The notes below the pieces were generated by a model. That model searched no databases. It was not told the DNA's origin and was given only the letters and a program-made list of their open reading frames with translations. From positions 150,480-214,479 of the forward strand of contig ADNK01000697.1 of the NCBI GenBank assembly GCA_000320545.1: a DNA stretch of 64,000 bases, written 5' to 3'. The position numbers and the translations under genes are program-made. This DNA comes from Bigelowiella natans CCMP2755 (lineage: Eukaryota; Protista; Cercozoa). Positions 40,899-53,313 of the stretch are shown piece after piece (the stretch's first letter is position 1; each line of letters opens with the position of its first letter).

Positions 40899-41969
40899 TG
40901 TATTTCGAGAGTTTTCACTTCTTAAATAGGGGTCTCTCCCCTGATACTAGGGTAGTTTCTCTTTTCCAAAAGAAAAAGAATCTGGTCCAGTGGAACTATT
41001 CAGTCCTTGCCTGCATGTAAAGCTAACTTGGGTATCGCTCCGAATTTCCCTCTCTATCTCAGAAAGTTGGAAGTGTTTATGCTCTCGGTGAATCACAACC
41101 TGTGAGGAGCCCACTCTCCACAAAAAATGGATTGTTTTTATAAACACAACATTGCTATCCCACCCACCAATACAAACACTGCTCTTTTTCGAGTTTACAT
41201 GTGAGCAGACACCTTCAAGAAAATATACCTGCGAAGGACGACAGCTTATGCGTGCTTGATTCCCGCGCTTTTCCTGAATCCTTCTCGGCGACACAATCGA
41301 CCAATTTAATAGGATATTTTGGCTTGAGATTTGTCAAAATTATTAAAAATAATGTTTTTTATTAAACAGGGGCATGTCGGGTGTGAAGTGTTAGTTTGTA
41401 ATCCTAAATATGAAAACATCGTAGAAATCTATTCTAAATAAATCCTTATGAATTCATGCGCACGTGTAGTTATTGTCGTCTTTGAAAAAATGCATGAAAC
41501 AATACAACGCGACTCGACGACCGCACTTTAAGCACTCAGAATTGCGCAATGTATTCTCAGTGTCAGTGGTCAGACCGGAATTCAAGGAAATCATCCGCAG
41601 TGACAGCCTATTTTATATGTTTTACTCAAAATGGGGCCTCGACCTTAGTCGTAGGGAATTTCTGGTGGATTTTGGTGAGATATTTGTCAGCGAAGATTTG
41701 AAGACATAGCTGGGAAGTCAAGGGCGCGAAAAGATTACTAACTAACTAACTAACTAACTGAAGATTTCATCAAACACATGAAACCGCGTAAATCCGAGCT
41801 CTATACCGAGCGACATTGTGTTGATCGGAGCATTTCACCAAGTAAAACCCAAATATTCCTTGTCTCACACCAGGAAAGTGAGTTTAATTCATTGTTCAAA
41901 TTACGAATTTTGGATCAACGCAGATACGGGTCACCAGAAACAAAACATATATGTGAAACGCGGTCAGTC

Positions 41970-43634
41970 ATGGCGAGCCTCGATCCGAAGGATGCTGCAG
42001 CGGCAGGCTCGGCACAGGCGCCGGTCCCTATGTTAAACCTGAACTTACTCAAAAAGAGAAAGAAGGAGTCCAAAATAAATGTAAGTGAGTTTTTCCTAAT
42101 AAATGCTCACGAACTCCTCACGACATTTTCTCTCCAGGAACGGCCACCCCTTTCCTCTCGAGCAGGGCGAAGTGAAAAATTTTCTAGTTCTCCAGGTATG
42201 TCTATCGTTTTTTTATCGCCCATCTTTAAGGAAAGAGAAAATCTTGCCAGCTTAGCATAATGCGTGTTCAGCATCAAAGACGGATGTGAAACTGAACATG
42301 AAAGCTCAAATTCCAAAGGGGTGTATCTTCGCCCAGGTTGTTCCACTTATCTAAATATTTTATTTTTACTTTCTTTATAAAGTTTTATCCCGATACCATA
42401 ATTCAGATTTTTAGTGACATTATGGATAGTCCAGAAATCGTTTGGTCAACTGTAACTCGGAGTCCTCACGCGACCTGGGGTAAGGCCAGAAACTCAGAAT
42501 CCTACACGCTGTTGAGCGAGCATACGAGTCACACACATCCTATGGGGACTGGCTGAAGCACAGGGTTTTAATATTCATGAATTTATTCACTGGAATATTT
42601 GTTAGGAGCGATTGGTAACCGAAAGTGGCTGGCATATACACTAGCCTTTTCCTTGGACTTACTCGTCTCCGCCGTTGTGTGCACAATAATCGGACTCATT
42701 ATATATGGTTATGCGACTGTGGACTGGAGGTAGCTAACATAAATACATGCTACTGAAAGCTCCGAGTACTACCCATGCTTATTTATGAAAAAAGGGGATT
42801 CAAAGCATATGAAACACCGAGTTAGTTACAGTAGCGATTATCAACTTTTCGTTCTCTTGTGAAGTGCTAGAGCCGACGTCATGCTTTTTGCAAACAATTT
42901 CTCAGCAAGGACACCGAGTTTTGGATTTCAACGCTGGTCATTTTGCCGTTCCCTTTATGTTGGAACATCGCGCAGTATGCAAGCTTTGTTATTCAAATCA
43001 CAGGACATACCACCATCACGGGGTAAGTAACTGGTTTTCATCACAGCTGTTCAGACGTTACTGAGCAGCTGTTCCTGAAAGATGTTTCTAATATATTTCT
43101 TTAAATGAACAAAATTCTTTTCTATCATCATCTTTTCTAACCACGCACGTGTACCTGTTAAATGATACATTAGACACATGAAGGGCTTGGCCATCTTTGG
43201 TCCCGTGCTGCTCCTCTGCATAGCAATGAATATCGGCCTCACTCTAGCTATGTACTACTCGGGTTTTACCAAAAACAGCACTAAATTTTGGGCTTGGATT
43301 ATTACGGTAACTGTTGTGGTGAGCAGTCTGAGTGTGCTGTGTTAGTTAGGATAGAATTCCTGGGAGATCCTACCATGAAAGCAATAAAGATAATTCACTG
43401 ATACCGATTCCGACATTTTCTTTCCTGAGGATGAAATTTGTAACGGATACGTGAAACCCATCTGATCATCTTTATTCAGGCCTCCCCTCCTATTCTCACT
43501 GGGTTAGCTATCAAGACAGTACTCAAACAAATTTATATTCGGAAGAAATGCAATGATGAGGTGTGTTAGTAATGTAACCTGAAACAATAATTGTGCGAGT
43601 ATGTGTGTGTGTGTGTGTGTGTATGTGTGTGCAT

Positions 43635-43671
<37 letters not shown>

Positions 43672-44995
43672 TGCGCGCGCCGGCATTAAACACAAAGAAG
43701 GGGCGGGTAACTAATGGATGGTATATATGTTTCACCTGATTGATGCTGTCATCCAGGAAGTTGCTCATTTGATCGATGGTATAACGACCAAATCTGACGA
43801 GCTAATTTCCTCGGCCTCTCAGCAAAAGGTGATTGATTACAATAACCCATTGAGAACAGGCATGTACCACAACATTGGCATGACGATAGAGCTCAAAAGT
43901 AAATCATTACATCGAGACTTACGCGGGAAAAAAATAAGTGTTTTTTTGTCTTTGAGACTTTAATAGATACACATAACTAGTCTAGTTCAAAACTCAGATC
44001 GAGCTCTCTATATTATAATTCTATTTTGCACAGGGGCGTTGCAATAATTGGATAAATTCATATATTGTATGTGTCCCTTGATTTCCTCGATTATCCAGGA
44101 CAAAAAGCTGCATTGTGAGTATGGAGAGCTTAACTTTTACCAATGGTTTGTGGATTTTATCAAGCCTGGAGGTTGATACTGAGAGAAATAGAGAGAGAGA
44201 GAGAGAAATGAAAAGTGGTCAAGGTTAAAGTAAGGCGGCAGTGGTGGAAATAGATGTTCTCTTTCTCGCTCTCTGTTTCATTTCAGGGTTGCGATGTTGG
44301 GCATGATATCTGCATGTGCGCATTGCGTGTGTAGGGGGGAGGGGGAGGGGGGGGGAAGGGTAAAGGAGAGAGAGAGAGAGAGGGAGAGAAAGAGAGAGGG
44401 AGAGAAAGAGAGAGAAAGTTTGTCTTCTTTCCTTCACCTAAATTCTTCCTCCACTCCAATTCGCATGCTTTCCCTCCTCCCACTAGGGTGCTTTCTCTGG
44501 ACCATCATATTTGCGGGGGGGTTGGTGAACGCCCAGCAGCTGTTCGACCATCCGGCATGGCTATGGTTCCTTCTTGCCGTTGCTTTCTTCTTACTCTTCT
44601 ATGGCGAGTATCTTCTCCAAGGCCTTATCCGGAAGAATATAGGTGTTGGGATTTACAGCTATAAGGTAGGTCTGGCAACGATATGTGCTCGCGACTATAG
44701 ATAGTCTCTATGTGTGGTCAATGCAGCTTTCCCCATTATTTGTATTCACGCGCTCAAGACCGAACCTTTCTGATTCCTCAAGAGGGAAGATAGCGCTGGG
44801 AAGTTCATACGTGTTTTGCATACAGATGGTGATGGCCTTCGCCTACATTTATAATACCGTTGTTAACTCCCAAATTCGAGTGATTCTCTCCAACCTGCCC
44901 GGTAAGATAGTACGCCTATCTGACAAGGCTTAGGTTGAATGTCAGCGCTGCTACACCCCCCCCTCCAATATCCACCTCTCAGTAGCTCCTCCTAT

Positions 44996-45035
<40 letters not shown>

Positions 45036-45282
45036 CCATCAGTGTGCCGTCTTCGCTAAAAATTATGTCCGAACACTTTAATCCAGAAACGCAGAAGATT
45101 GTGGCTCTGTGGCTCCATCCCGTCATTCTCATAGTAATTCGTGTCTACAACTCAAAGATGAGGGTCGGTCGTCGCTACATAGCAATAAGAATCGAAGATT
45201 AAACTTGCCTCATATGTGTACTTCCTACCGATGTATGCTTTCTCACATAAGGAAGATAGGAAATTTTTTATACCGTAATATT

Positions 45283-45322
<40 letters not shown>

Positions 45323-45337
45323 CTATCTAATGCTGCT

Positions 45338-45375
<38 letters not shown>

Positions 45376-46005
45376 TCTCTCTCTATCTTCTCCCTCTTCT
45401 CTCTCCCTCTTTTTGTTACGCTCGTCCACTGATAATATCCTTTTCTGCTTCTTTACGAATTATAATCTGAATCGGTTTTCTTTTGCTGCATTGCTACCAG
45501 GACACAAAAGGCACAATCGAAAAGCTCAATAAGCTAACGCCCGTGATGATTAGACAGGTCTGTGCGTAGACTTGATTGGAAACAGAAACATTGGGAGCAA
45601 TCTGGGTAGATAAATTCCAGCCCCGCTACTTTCTTTCCGAATGGATTGATATTATATGAATCTCGCATTATTCTCTGAAAAGGTGAAGAAATCCAAATTA
45701 GATCCAGCATTGAGGGAAGAAGTGGACGCCTTTGAAGGTCGCTCTCTAACCAGCTTTTATATGATATATGATACAACACACGTAGCACACACACACGGGC
45801 ACTCGCGCTCGCATATAGGAAATAAACTCGATAATAACATCTGCAGCATATACGAATATATAATGCTTTCTTGGACATGGGTATGTAGGAGCGTTGGGAA
45901 AAAGCAACAAGAATATCGCTAAATCTCTCATGTACAAAGCAAAGAGGCAATCGATGGCAGATCTTACCCCCGTATCCTCTGCTCCTGGCTCGGGGAGTAA
46001 GTTGC

Positions 46006-46050
<45 letters not shown>

Positions 46051-46291
46051 TGATAATTTTTTCTTAATTCAAGTTACATATATGTGCCGAGACATCATGA
46101 TGTCATATTTGAATTTTAAATACTTCGCACGTAAGAATAAAGGAGCTTAAAATTCAACCGCGGTCGTATGCAGTATTCAACGAAAATTCGAATATTTCTA
46201 AAATGCAGCATCTACTCCCCAATCCGGCACACCCAAACATTCTCTTCGAAGTCTTCGCAGTCTCAGGGTATGAGAGGGATGTGTGCATGTG

Positions 46292-46341
<50 letters not shown>

Positions 46342-47701
46342 GGGCGGTCCGTGCATTAGTCTTTCTTTAGAATTCTTGGCTTGTTAGTACGCATGCATTA
46401 ATAGCACATATACGCAACCTTAAACGACATTAAATATCAAAGTGGATTCGGCAATGGTAGACATGAATATTCGTGCTCTCATACGTGTATTTGTATGTGA
46501 AACGGTCAATGAGAGGAGGGAATCAGGTAGTAGTTTCGATGGATGCAGTTTAGTAGTGTAATGTCCGGAGCAATTCGGCGTGACTATTTTCATATGAATG
46601 TATTTCAATTGGAGAATTGAATGAACATCACTCTACGCAAGTTTCTCTTTTCGATAGAATGTAAATACAGAAGATATCTATTCATTTGCAACTCATTAAA
46701 CATTTTCTCTTTGAAAGGCCTTGGGCAGAATTCCCCGCGTACCTTGAATGATGGTGAGAACGCGTATTTATTGTAGTATTAGTGTCTGCATATGATGAAT
46801 CTGCTACCCAGACTTGTTTTCACTTTATCCTGGATGCCTATTATCTACCAAGAACAGTGTTATGGGCTAACAAATGGGCGACGCTTTTCGAAATTGAATC
46901 TAATGATCGATCATTGAATTTCTTGAATTTTACTTTGGCTGCAAATATAGGGGGAAGTAACACGATGAAGGATATGAAATTCGCTTCGCAAGTGAGCATC
47001 AGCAATTTATTGAAGGACAAATCGGAAGAGGGAGACAACAAACGGAGTTTAGCATATTCCGCTCTCGCAGTGGCTTATAACCGCTCGGAGATTACAACGG
47101 GTCGGCCTTTCCCCCCAAAAAACTTTCTTCAAATCCGCACCTTATTTTCGTAACCGTCTCAGCGTACAAATAGAAATAAACAAATGCTATTATTTAAACC
47201 GCGCTACTTTGTGCTCAGTAATAGATCAAATTATAATTTTAGTGTTGAAGATGATTGCCGCCGATATTTCGGCGATCAACGCAGTCATCATCGCATGCGT
47301 GCTAAACGAGAACTCCACCAGCCCCTTTAAAAGCCTCGGGCGATGCAGGTGAGAAGTAGGGTTCGGGAGAAAACTTAGCTATGTGAGTAGTTCCTCTCCT
47401 CATGCTGGAACATACCAAGAATTTGTGGCGTAGTCTTGTCCGTTGAACGCCTTATCTTTCTCAGGGGGGGTCTAACCCAACAATTGCTGATCGATGGCAC
47501 CCCTTTCATGATCATGGACGCAATCGAAATGGCCTACTTCGTGTACTTCGAGGGTGTACCGTGCTATGGGGTTTTCTTCGAGCTTGATCCATTCCTGGTC
47601 GTTGCGTTGCGTTGATTCTGATGTGACGGAAGATAACAAAAAGGGATTCTAGATGTGAAGGGAAATTGCGGTTATTAGTGATGGATGTGCTAGAGTTTGT
47701 A

Positions 47702-47741
<40 letters not shown>

Positions 47742-47880
47742 CGTGTGTGTTGGACGACTTGTGTGTGTGATAGAAAATATGATTATGCGTTTTAAAGAGT
47801 TGATTTGTTTTTTTTGGCAGGTGTTAGCCGTCGTAGTTGTGGCTTTTATGAACTTCGTACTGCTTCTGGCAGTTGCCTGA
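41970..47880 (+). CDS. Polytopic membrane protein of unknown function (many exons)
   Basis: Starts MASLDPKDAAAAG. Hydrophobic exons include WLAYTLAFSLDLLVSAVVCTIIGLIIYGY, GLAIFGPVLLLCIAMNIGLTLAMYY, FLWTIIFAGGL...WLWFLLAVAFFLLFYG, IVALWLHPVILIVIR and VLAVVVVAFMNFVLLLAVA*. Treating it as a single gene is an inference. Confidence 0.6.
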
Positions 47881-48506
47881 TGTAAGTTAGCAGCTAATGT
47901 CGCACAAATCTAGTATCGTCCATCTTAAGAAATTGTGATGTAAACCTAGTCCACTTGCATATATTCTAAAGATTTAACACCTGCTGAATAGTTTGTCATA
48001 GATGCACAAAGAACAGCTGTGAAAATCATCATTCAATCAACTTTTTTGAAAATTATACACCTACATATGTACAAAAATTATAGACACGTAATATCATATA
48101 TATCCTATATATGTTATTACTATGTCTATAATAAGTATAGGCCCTTTTTTGGGCCCCCGAGTAATAGTCCTTCTTCACCTCACAAGCCCCAAATGTGCCT
48201 TCTTCATGTCGCAAGTTGTTATTTCTGTGTCTTTTGCTATGCATGCAGTAACTGGCAGCGATACGCAAATACAATACAAACTTGATAAAGCGCTTTATTT
48301 TAAATACCTTGTAAAAGATATAGCTTTTTATTTTAGCATTGTGTATGTAGATTACAAGCCTACGACATATACGCATTCTAAAAGGGACACTTGTTTCATG
48401 CATACCGTGTTTCGCGTCATTTGAATTTCATGATGCAACACACATAGAGGTTTTTGTCAAGCGTGATGAGGATAAATTGTTCAGAATTTGTATCTGTACT
48501 TTCAAT

Positions 48507-48836
48507 TTAATATCTGTCATCAAAAACTCTCCCAAGATCCATGGCCTTCTCTTTTGTCATGATTTCTCTTGTCTTGTAGAGATAGACCATGGTCTTATCT
48601 CCATTGTCCTCATCATCGTATTCAAAACATGGTTCGTATGTCTTTTTTTTGAATCTCCGTAATTGAGCTTCAGATAAAGGTTCGTAAATCTGGGTATAAT
48701 GCTCATACTTCTCGAGTTCATCAGGTAGCACATACTTGATCTCTTCTTCTTTAGTGGTGTTTTCAGTTGATCCGGATCCTTTTAGTACAGGCCTTACCGG
48801 CGCTTGTGTACGAAGCCTTTTCTTAACAAAATCCAT
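48507..48836 (-). CDS. Small intronless charged ORFan (109 aa), island gene
   Basis: Clean ATG-TAA ORF with protein-like composition; overlaps the upstream ORF by 43 nt. Confidence 0.5.
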   Translation of the reverse strand: MDFVKKRLRTQAPVRPVLKGSGSTENTTKEEEIKYVLPDELEKYEHYTQIYEPLSEAQLRRFKKKTYEPCFEYDDEDNGDKTMVYLYKTREIMTKEKAMDLGRVFDDRY

Positions 48837-49036
48837 GTGATGATGTCATACATGACATCGACCATCGCGGAAGTCGCATTGTCGATGCTCTTAATGCCAT
48901 CAGCTTGCAGTTGCAGATAAACAAAATAGGTCACAATTGAGCCGATGATTGCCGTGCGGATAGGGTGGTCTGTCAGATTGTACACGAACTCGTCAGCAAG
49001 CAGATCTTGGAGAGTGTCGATCAAAAACAACGCCAT
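48794..49036 (-). CDS. Small intronless protein with one TM helix (80 aa), island gene
   Basis: ATG-TAA ORF with hydrophobic segment TAIIGSIVTYFVYLQL. Confidence 0.45.
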   Translation of the reverse strand: MALFLIDTLQDLLADEFVYNLTDHPIRTAIIGSIVTYFVYLQLQADGIKSIDNATSAMVDVMYDIITWILLRKGFVHKRR

Positions 49037-49160
49037 TTTGTCAAGCAGGTTTAGTTGCGTTTTCGTGTTCTAGCTGTTGTTCAGGGTTATTTTTTTGACC
49101 GCTTGCATTTCGACTACATCGACAAACTTGAGCAGAAAAAAAATATTTTTGAGGGTGCTG

Positions 49161-51884
49161 CTAAGTGCCTGGTAATCTGGTAAACGTCAGAACTGCATTT
49201 GTAAAAGCAGCACGGTGATGCAAACCTTCGAAGTTTTTTTTGAAAGTGTTAGCGCCTTTTTTGTCAGTGTATCTGACATTAAATGCTGGTGTTTTTGATG
49301 CTGCTACGCTTCCAGTATTTTGCAATTGCTTTTTGTTGGCTTCTTCTAACATGAGGCTACTTATCTTATCGACGTCCATTTTGAGAATCTCATTTATCTT
49401 GGGCCTAATGTCCTTCAAATTCTCGTCACGCATTGTCCTTAGAGACTTTGTCTTGTAATCTTTAAAAGACCTTACGACTATGCCTTGGTACAAATAATAC
49501 AAACCGGCCGATGCAACCATCAAAAAAGCAGAAGCTACAAACAATTTAACAGTAAGCGCTGCACCTCCTAATATTGCTCCTCCTTTAGCTACCACACCCA
49601 TACCAGCAAGACCCTGGTACGCCACATTTACCCCTGCATGAGCCATTGCTACTAAATTAGTTGCTATAGCGCCATTTTTTACAACTTCTGCCGAAGATTC
49701 AACCAATTGGCCTTCAACTGGTTTGTAGTAGTCTCCAACCGTCCTATATTGTGCATCTGGATCATTAAAATAAGCATTGAAAGTCTCTTGACCAGCAGTC
49801 AAAATGTCCCCTTTGCTCAAACTCTTACCAACTTTGTATGTTCTGTATATTTTTCGCGCCTCCCTTATTTCTTTTTCGTAAGTTTTGCGTATGTTTCGTT
49901 TTAACGCTCCGGTTATTTGTTGTGTCAAGGTAAGTGTGGTAGGCTGACTGTCAACATGATTGGTCAGAAGTTTGCGAACATCAATTTTACCTTTGACATT
50001 TTGTTTTTTCCCACCAAGATACAATTCAGCCAAACCTTCTTCAACGGCTTCGTTTAGAACACGGTCAACTTCGCGTAGCATGTTCTGGTGTAGAAGACGT
50101 ATTCTTTCTCTACGATAAGAAGCAAAGCAGTCTTCGTAACTCAACAAATCCTTTATTTTTTCCCAAGTTTCATTTAGATCAATTCCTATGAAGGTGCCAC
50201 CAATGGCATGGTTTAGAGCGAATTCAATGCAATCCATGATTGGACCGAGAGCTTTTTTCTGTTTTTCTACATCTGCTGTAAGATCAACGTCTTTAACGAC
50301 ACCCAGGCTAACTTTTTCAACAGCTTTTTTGGCAATTTTTTTTCCTGGTTCTGCACTCATATTCGCAGCATCTATCATAGATTCACCAGCAATTTTTAGT
50401 CCTTTTACCATGTATTTACTTGTCATTCCAGTGACATCTTTTGCTAAACTAGTTATCATGTAAGTATCAACACTCTTTTTGACATTTTGCTTCATGTCCT
50501 CTGCTAATTGTTTCACAATGTTGTAATTGTTTTTTGCACAATACTCCATCCACAACACTCTGTTTTTGTAGAGCACACCAATGCGAGCGCATATCGTACG
50601 TTTTGTCTCCAGGAAAAAATCCAATACCATGGTAATCCCAACAGGGCTCATCAATTGTGCCATGAGAACATTTTTTGCTCGTTGCACAAATGACGAATTC
50701 ATGAGTCCCGACAACAAAGAACCAATGCCGTAATACCCTAGCAGCGAACCGGCTAGAGCTCCACCACCAGCCCAAAGACCGGCAGCAGTGGTAAACGCCC
50801 CTGCAGCAAGGCTCAGCCCCCCTGATGCATATGCTATCCCCAACCCTCCTAACCCTCCAAGCAACATGCCTATCACCGCATTTGCATTGCGTTCACCTAA
50901 GACCTCCTGTGTGTAATCTATCCCTAATGTTTTTGTTACTTTGCGATAAAATTTGCTAATCATTTTGTAAATGTACTGAAAAGATGACATGACAAAATAC
51001 AAATTGTCTTTGATGTATTTGTAGAAGCCCTTCAATGCATCAAGAACCCAATTCATTGTAGATCTGTCACTCGCAGTAGAACTAAAGCGCTCGGCAATTA
51101 CTCCAGTGACATTTCTTTCGAAATTTTGACCCTGTTCTCTCAAATACTTTTTCAAAATTTTTTTTTCGTTGTCTGAAACGGAGCTGTCGTCTACAAGGTT
51201 ATTCAACTGCATCATGTTTAGATCATAATCTATTTCGTTCCTCAATTTGTTCATCCATTCGTTGCTAAATTTGCAACAATTCGAATTTGCATCATAGGTC
51301 ATGAAGTCCGGGCATTTAGTTTCCAATCCAGTGGTCTCATCAAAAGAAGGTTTCAGCAAACATCGGTTCACGATTTGTTTTTCTTGCTTGATCTCACCAG
51401 GATTTCTTGATCGACGAGAACGCACTGTGGTCTTTCTTGACGACCGATTTACTTTTTGTTCCTTTTTAGTTTTTTTCTTTGTTGATTTTGCGTCAGTAAT
51501 TCTCCCGTTAGGATTTGAGCGGCGTTGCAGTGGCTGAATGCACGTGCTCTTCGGTTTGGCACGTGTTTTCGTTGCTTTTTTCATTTCCTTGCGCGCTGTC
51601 TTTGCGGATTTTGGCACAGACTTGGTCTGAGGCTTCGCTTGATTGCACATCACAAACTCTTCAATTCCATGAATCATTGCTTTCTTCTTTTTGCGCATCT
51701 TACTTGAAACATGAATTCCTTTGATGAAAGCAATTCGTTTGAGTTCGTTCATGCTGCATGCTTGTAATTCTTTCACAAGGATATTGTTCTTTTTTTCAAC
51801 GCTTCTTTTGTTCCGCATTGATGATTTCACTGCTCTTTTAAGCACACATAGTAGACTTGATATACATGTTATTGCTATGTCCAC
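49161..51884 (-). CDS. Large intronless ORFan (907 aa; first ATG at 51818) with Rho-N/HEH-like motif, basic linker, Cys motif and two Gly-rich hydrophobic regions
   Basis: 2.7-kb uninterrupted, AT-richer ORF in an intron-dense genome. Motifs: ELQACSMNELKRIAFIKGIHVSSKMRKKKKAMIHGI, CPDFMTYDANSNCC, GMLLGGLGGLGIAYASGGLSLAAG...GSLLG, GLAGMGVVAKGGAILGGAALTVKLFVASAFLMVASAGLYYLY. Confidence 0.8.
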   Translation of the reverse strand: MDIAITCISSLLCVLKRAVKSSMRNKRSVEKKNNILVKELQACSMNELKRIAFIKGIHVSSKMRKKKKAMIHGIEEFVMCNQAKPQTKSVPKSAKTARKEMKKATKTRAKPKSTCIQPLQRRSNPNGRITDAKSTKKKTKKEQKVNRSSRKTTVRSRRSRNPGEIKQEKQIVNRCLLKPSFDETTGLETKCPDFMTYDANSNCCKFSNEWMNKLRNEIDYDLNMMQLNNLVDDSSVSDNEKKILKKYLREQGQNFERNVTGVIAERFSSTASDRSTMNWVLDALKGFYKYIKDNLYFVMSSFQYIYKMISKFYRKVTKTLGIDYTQEVLGERNANAVIGMLLGGLGGLGIAYASGGLSLAAGAFTTAAGLWAGGGALAGSLLGYYGIGSLLSGLMNSSFVQRAKNVLMAQLMSPVGITMVLDFFLETKRTICARIGVLYKNRVLWMEYCAKNNYNIVKQLAEDMKQNVKKSVDTYMITSLAKDVTGMTSKYMVKGLKIAGESMIDAANMSAEPGKKIAKKAVEKVSLGVVKDVDLTADVEKQKKALGPIMDCIEFALNHAIGGTFIGIDLNETWEKIKDLLSYEDCFASYRRERIRLLHQNMLREVDRVLNEAVEEGLAELYLGGKKQNVKGKIDVRKLLTNHVDSQPTTLTLTQQITGALKRNIRKTYEKEIREARKIYRTYKVGKSLSKGDILTAGQETFNAYFNDPDAQYRTVGDYYKPVEGQLVESSAEVVKNGAIATNLVAMAHAGVNVAYQGLAGMGVVAKGGAILGGAALTVKLFVASAFLMVASAGLYYLYQGIVVRSFKDYKTKSLRTMRDENLKDIRPKINEILKMDVDKISSLMLEEANKKQLQNTGSVAASKTPAFNVRYTDKKGANTFKKNFEGLHHRAAFTNAVLTFTRLPGT

Positions 51885-52370
51885 AATAGACTACATCGGG
51901 CGGATGATAATGCATGTTATAATAGCTGATGGCGATGCTATGTCACGTTGCAACGCGTTTTGACGTTTCACAACATGCAATTTAACATCTATATATGGTA
52001 TTACATGTCTATGATGAAAGATTTAATCAATTTACATGATGTATTGCATGTCTATCATGTTTACTAGTGATTGTGCAATGGGATATTTGATGTTTGTAAC
52101 ATGTGTATTGTTTAGTGTGTGTGGAAAAAGTAAAAAGTACAATATTCGCAAACTATATATATATATTTTTTACATGGCACATGGTACACACATCATGTTG
52201 CACAATCACTAGTGAACACATCAATGCCCTCCATTGCATCCATAGCAATTTGTCATGTCGGAATTGTTCACATTGCATGGCTAGATGGCGCAAATGAGGC
52301 AATGTTGCCACAGTATTTGAACTTGATCTTCTTTTGAGTGACACAATTCAACAAAGCTAGGAACGTGTGC

Positions 52371-52769
52371 TCACTTCATCCCTCCTTGCTGGCCAACGGA
52401 AACTACTCCATCGGGCACAACCCAAATGTTGATCATGTGCAGCTTCTCCCTCACCATGATCGTGTCGACAATCTGGTAGTAGGACAGCACTGGGAAGACA
52501 CAGGCTTTCAGTGGCCACATGCTGTCTTCAATTCCGTAATGCGCAGTCAACTCCCTGTACGCGACGCAAAATGTGCAACACGGGCAGAACTGCACTGCAA
52601 GGCAGCATTTCCAAAAGCTTCCCCAGTCTTCCTTGCCCTTGATTTGCGACGTGGCGCTCCCCCACATGCAGGGCATGCAGCAGATGCAATTTGGGATGCA
52701 GCACGGCATCATGGCACAGCCTTTCACTGAGAAGCAGCCGAAGAAGCCATTGTTCCATTCATTCGACAT
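52371..52769 (-). CDS. PLAC8-family cysteine-rich protein, intronless
   Basis: MSNEWNNGFFGCF...CCIPNCICCMPCMWG...CCLAVQFCPCC...YRELTAHYGIEDS...ACVFPVLSYYQI matches the PLAC8 pattern. Confidence 0.85.
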   Translation of the reverse strand: MSNEWNNGFFGCFSVKGCAMMPCCIPNCICCMPCMWGSATSQIKGKEDWGSFWKCCLAVQFCPCCTFCVAYRELTAHYGIEDSMWPLKACVFPVLSYYQIVDTIMVREKLHMINIWVVPDGVVSVGQQGGMK

Positions 52770-53001
52770 GGCGGTTTTGTGTCTGTTGGGGTGTGATGAA
52801 GAGCGTTGTGGAGGTGAGACAATTGTGTTCAATGGACAGATTAAGCACATATTCGCCCCGATTTCCTGGTTTTAGCCTGCATTCGTGCGATTTTATGGAA
52901 CAGAAAAGCCATCGTTGATTTCCCGACGTTTCAAAATGACTAAAAAATGTGCACCAGAGACTCTCGAGATGTTCTCCGAATTTCAAATTGGCGCGCGATG
53001 C

Positions 53002-53313
53002 GGTAATGGGCGGGGGTTTTCGGTCACAAGGGTGGCTTTTCCTCCTACCCCTGAACCACATTCCGGTTCACCGGTGGGATAGACATACATGTCGCCCCAG
53101 CCACCGGTGACTCGGTAGCTAGATGAAGGATGTATGGATCTGTATTCAAGATTCAAAGTTACATTCGCCGAAGTGGTAATGGGCGGGGGGGTTTTCGGTT
53201 ACGAGGGTGGCTTTTCCCCTTATCCCTGAACCACATTCCTTTTCACCGGTGGGGCAGGCCACCGGCGAATTGGCTGCCAAATGAAGGATTTTCGGATCTA
53301 TATCTGAGATTCA
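53002..53313. repeat. Imperfect tandem duplication (period ~173 bp); each unit contains a GC-rich hairpin
   Basis: ggtaatgggcggggg...ctgaaccacattcc..ttcaccggtggg at 53002-53078 and 53175-53253, each followed by ccaccgg(t/c)ga and atgaaggat...agattca. Confidence 0.85.

Noticed and set aside
41737-41759. (CTAA)n run beginning TACTAAC as a telomeric or branch-point array
   Set aside because: Only five to six units; not distinguishable from an ordinary tetranucleotide microsatellite.
53068-53122. Helitron 3' end (hairpin followed by CTAG)
   Set aside because: The loop is too long, the second copy lacks CTRR, CTAG is common here, and there is no Rep/helicase.
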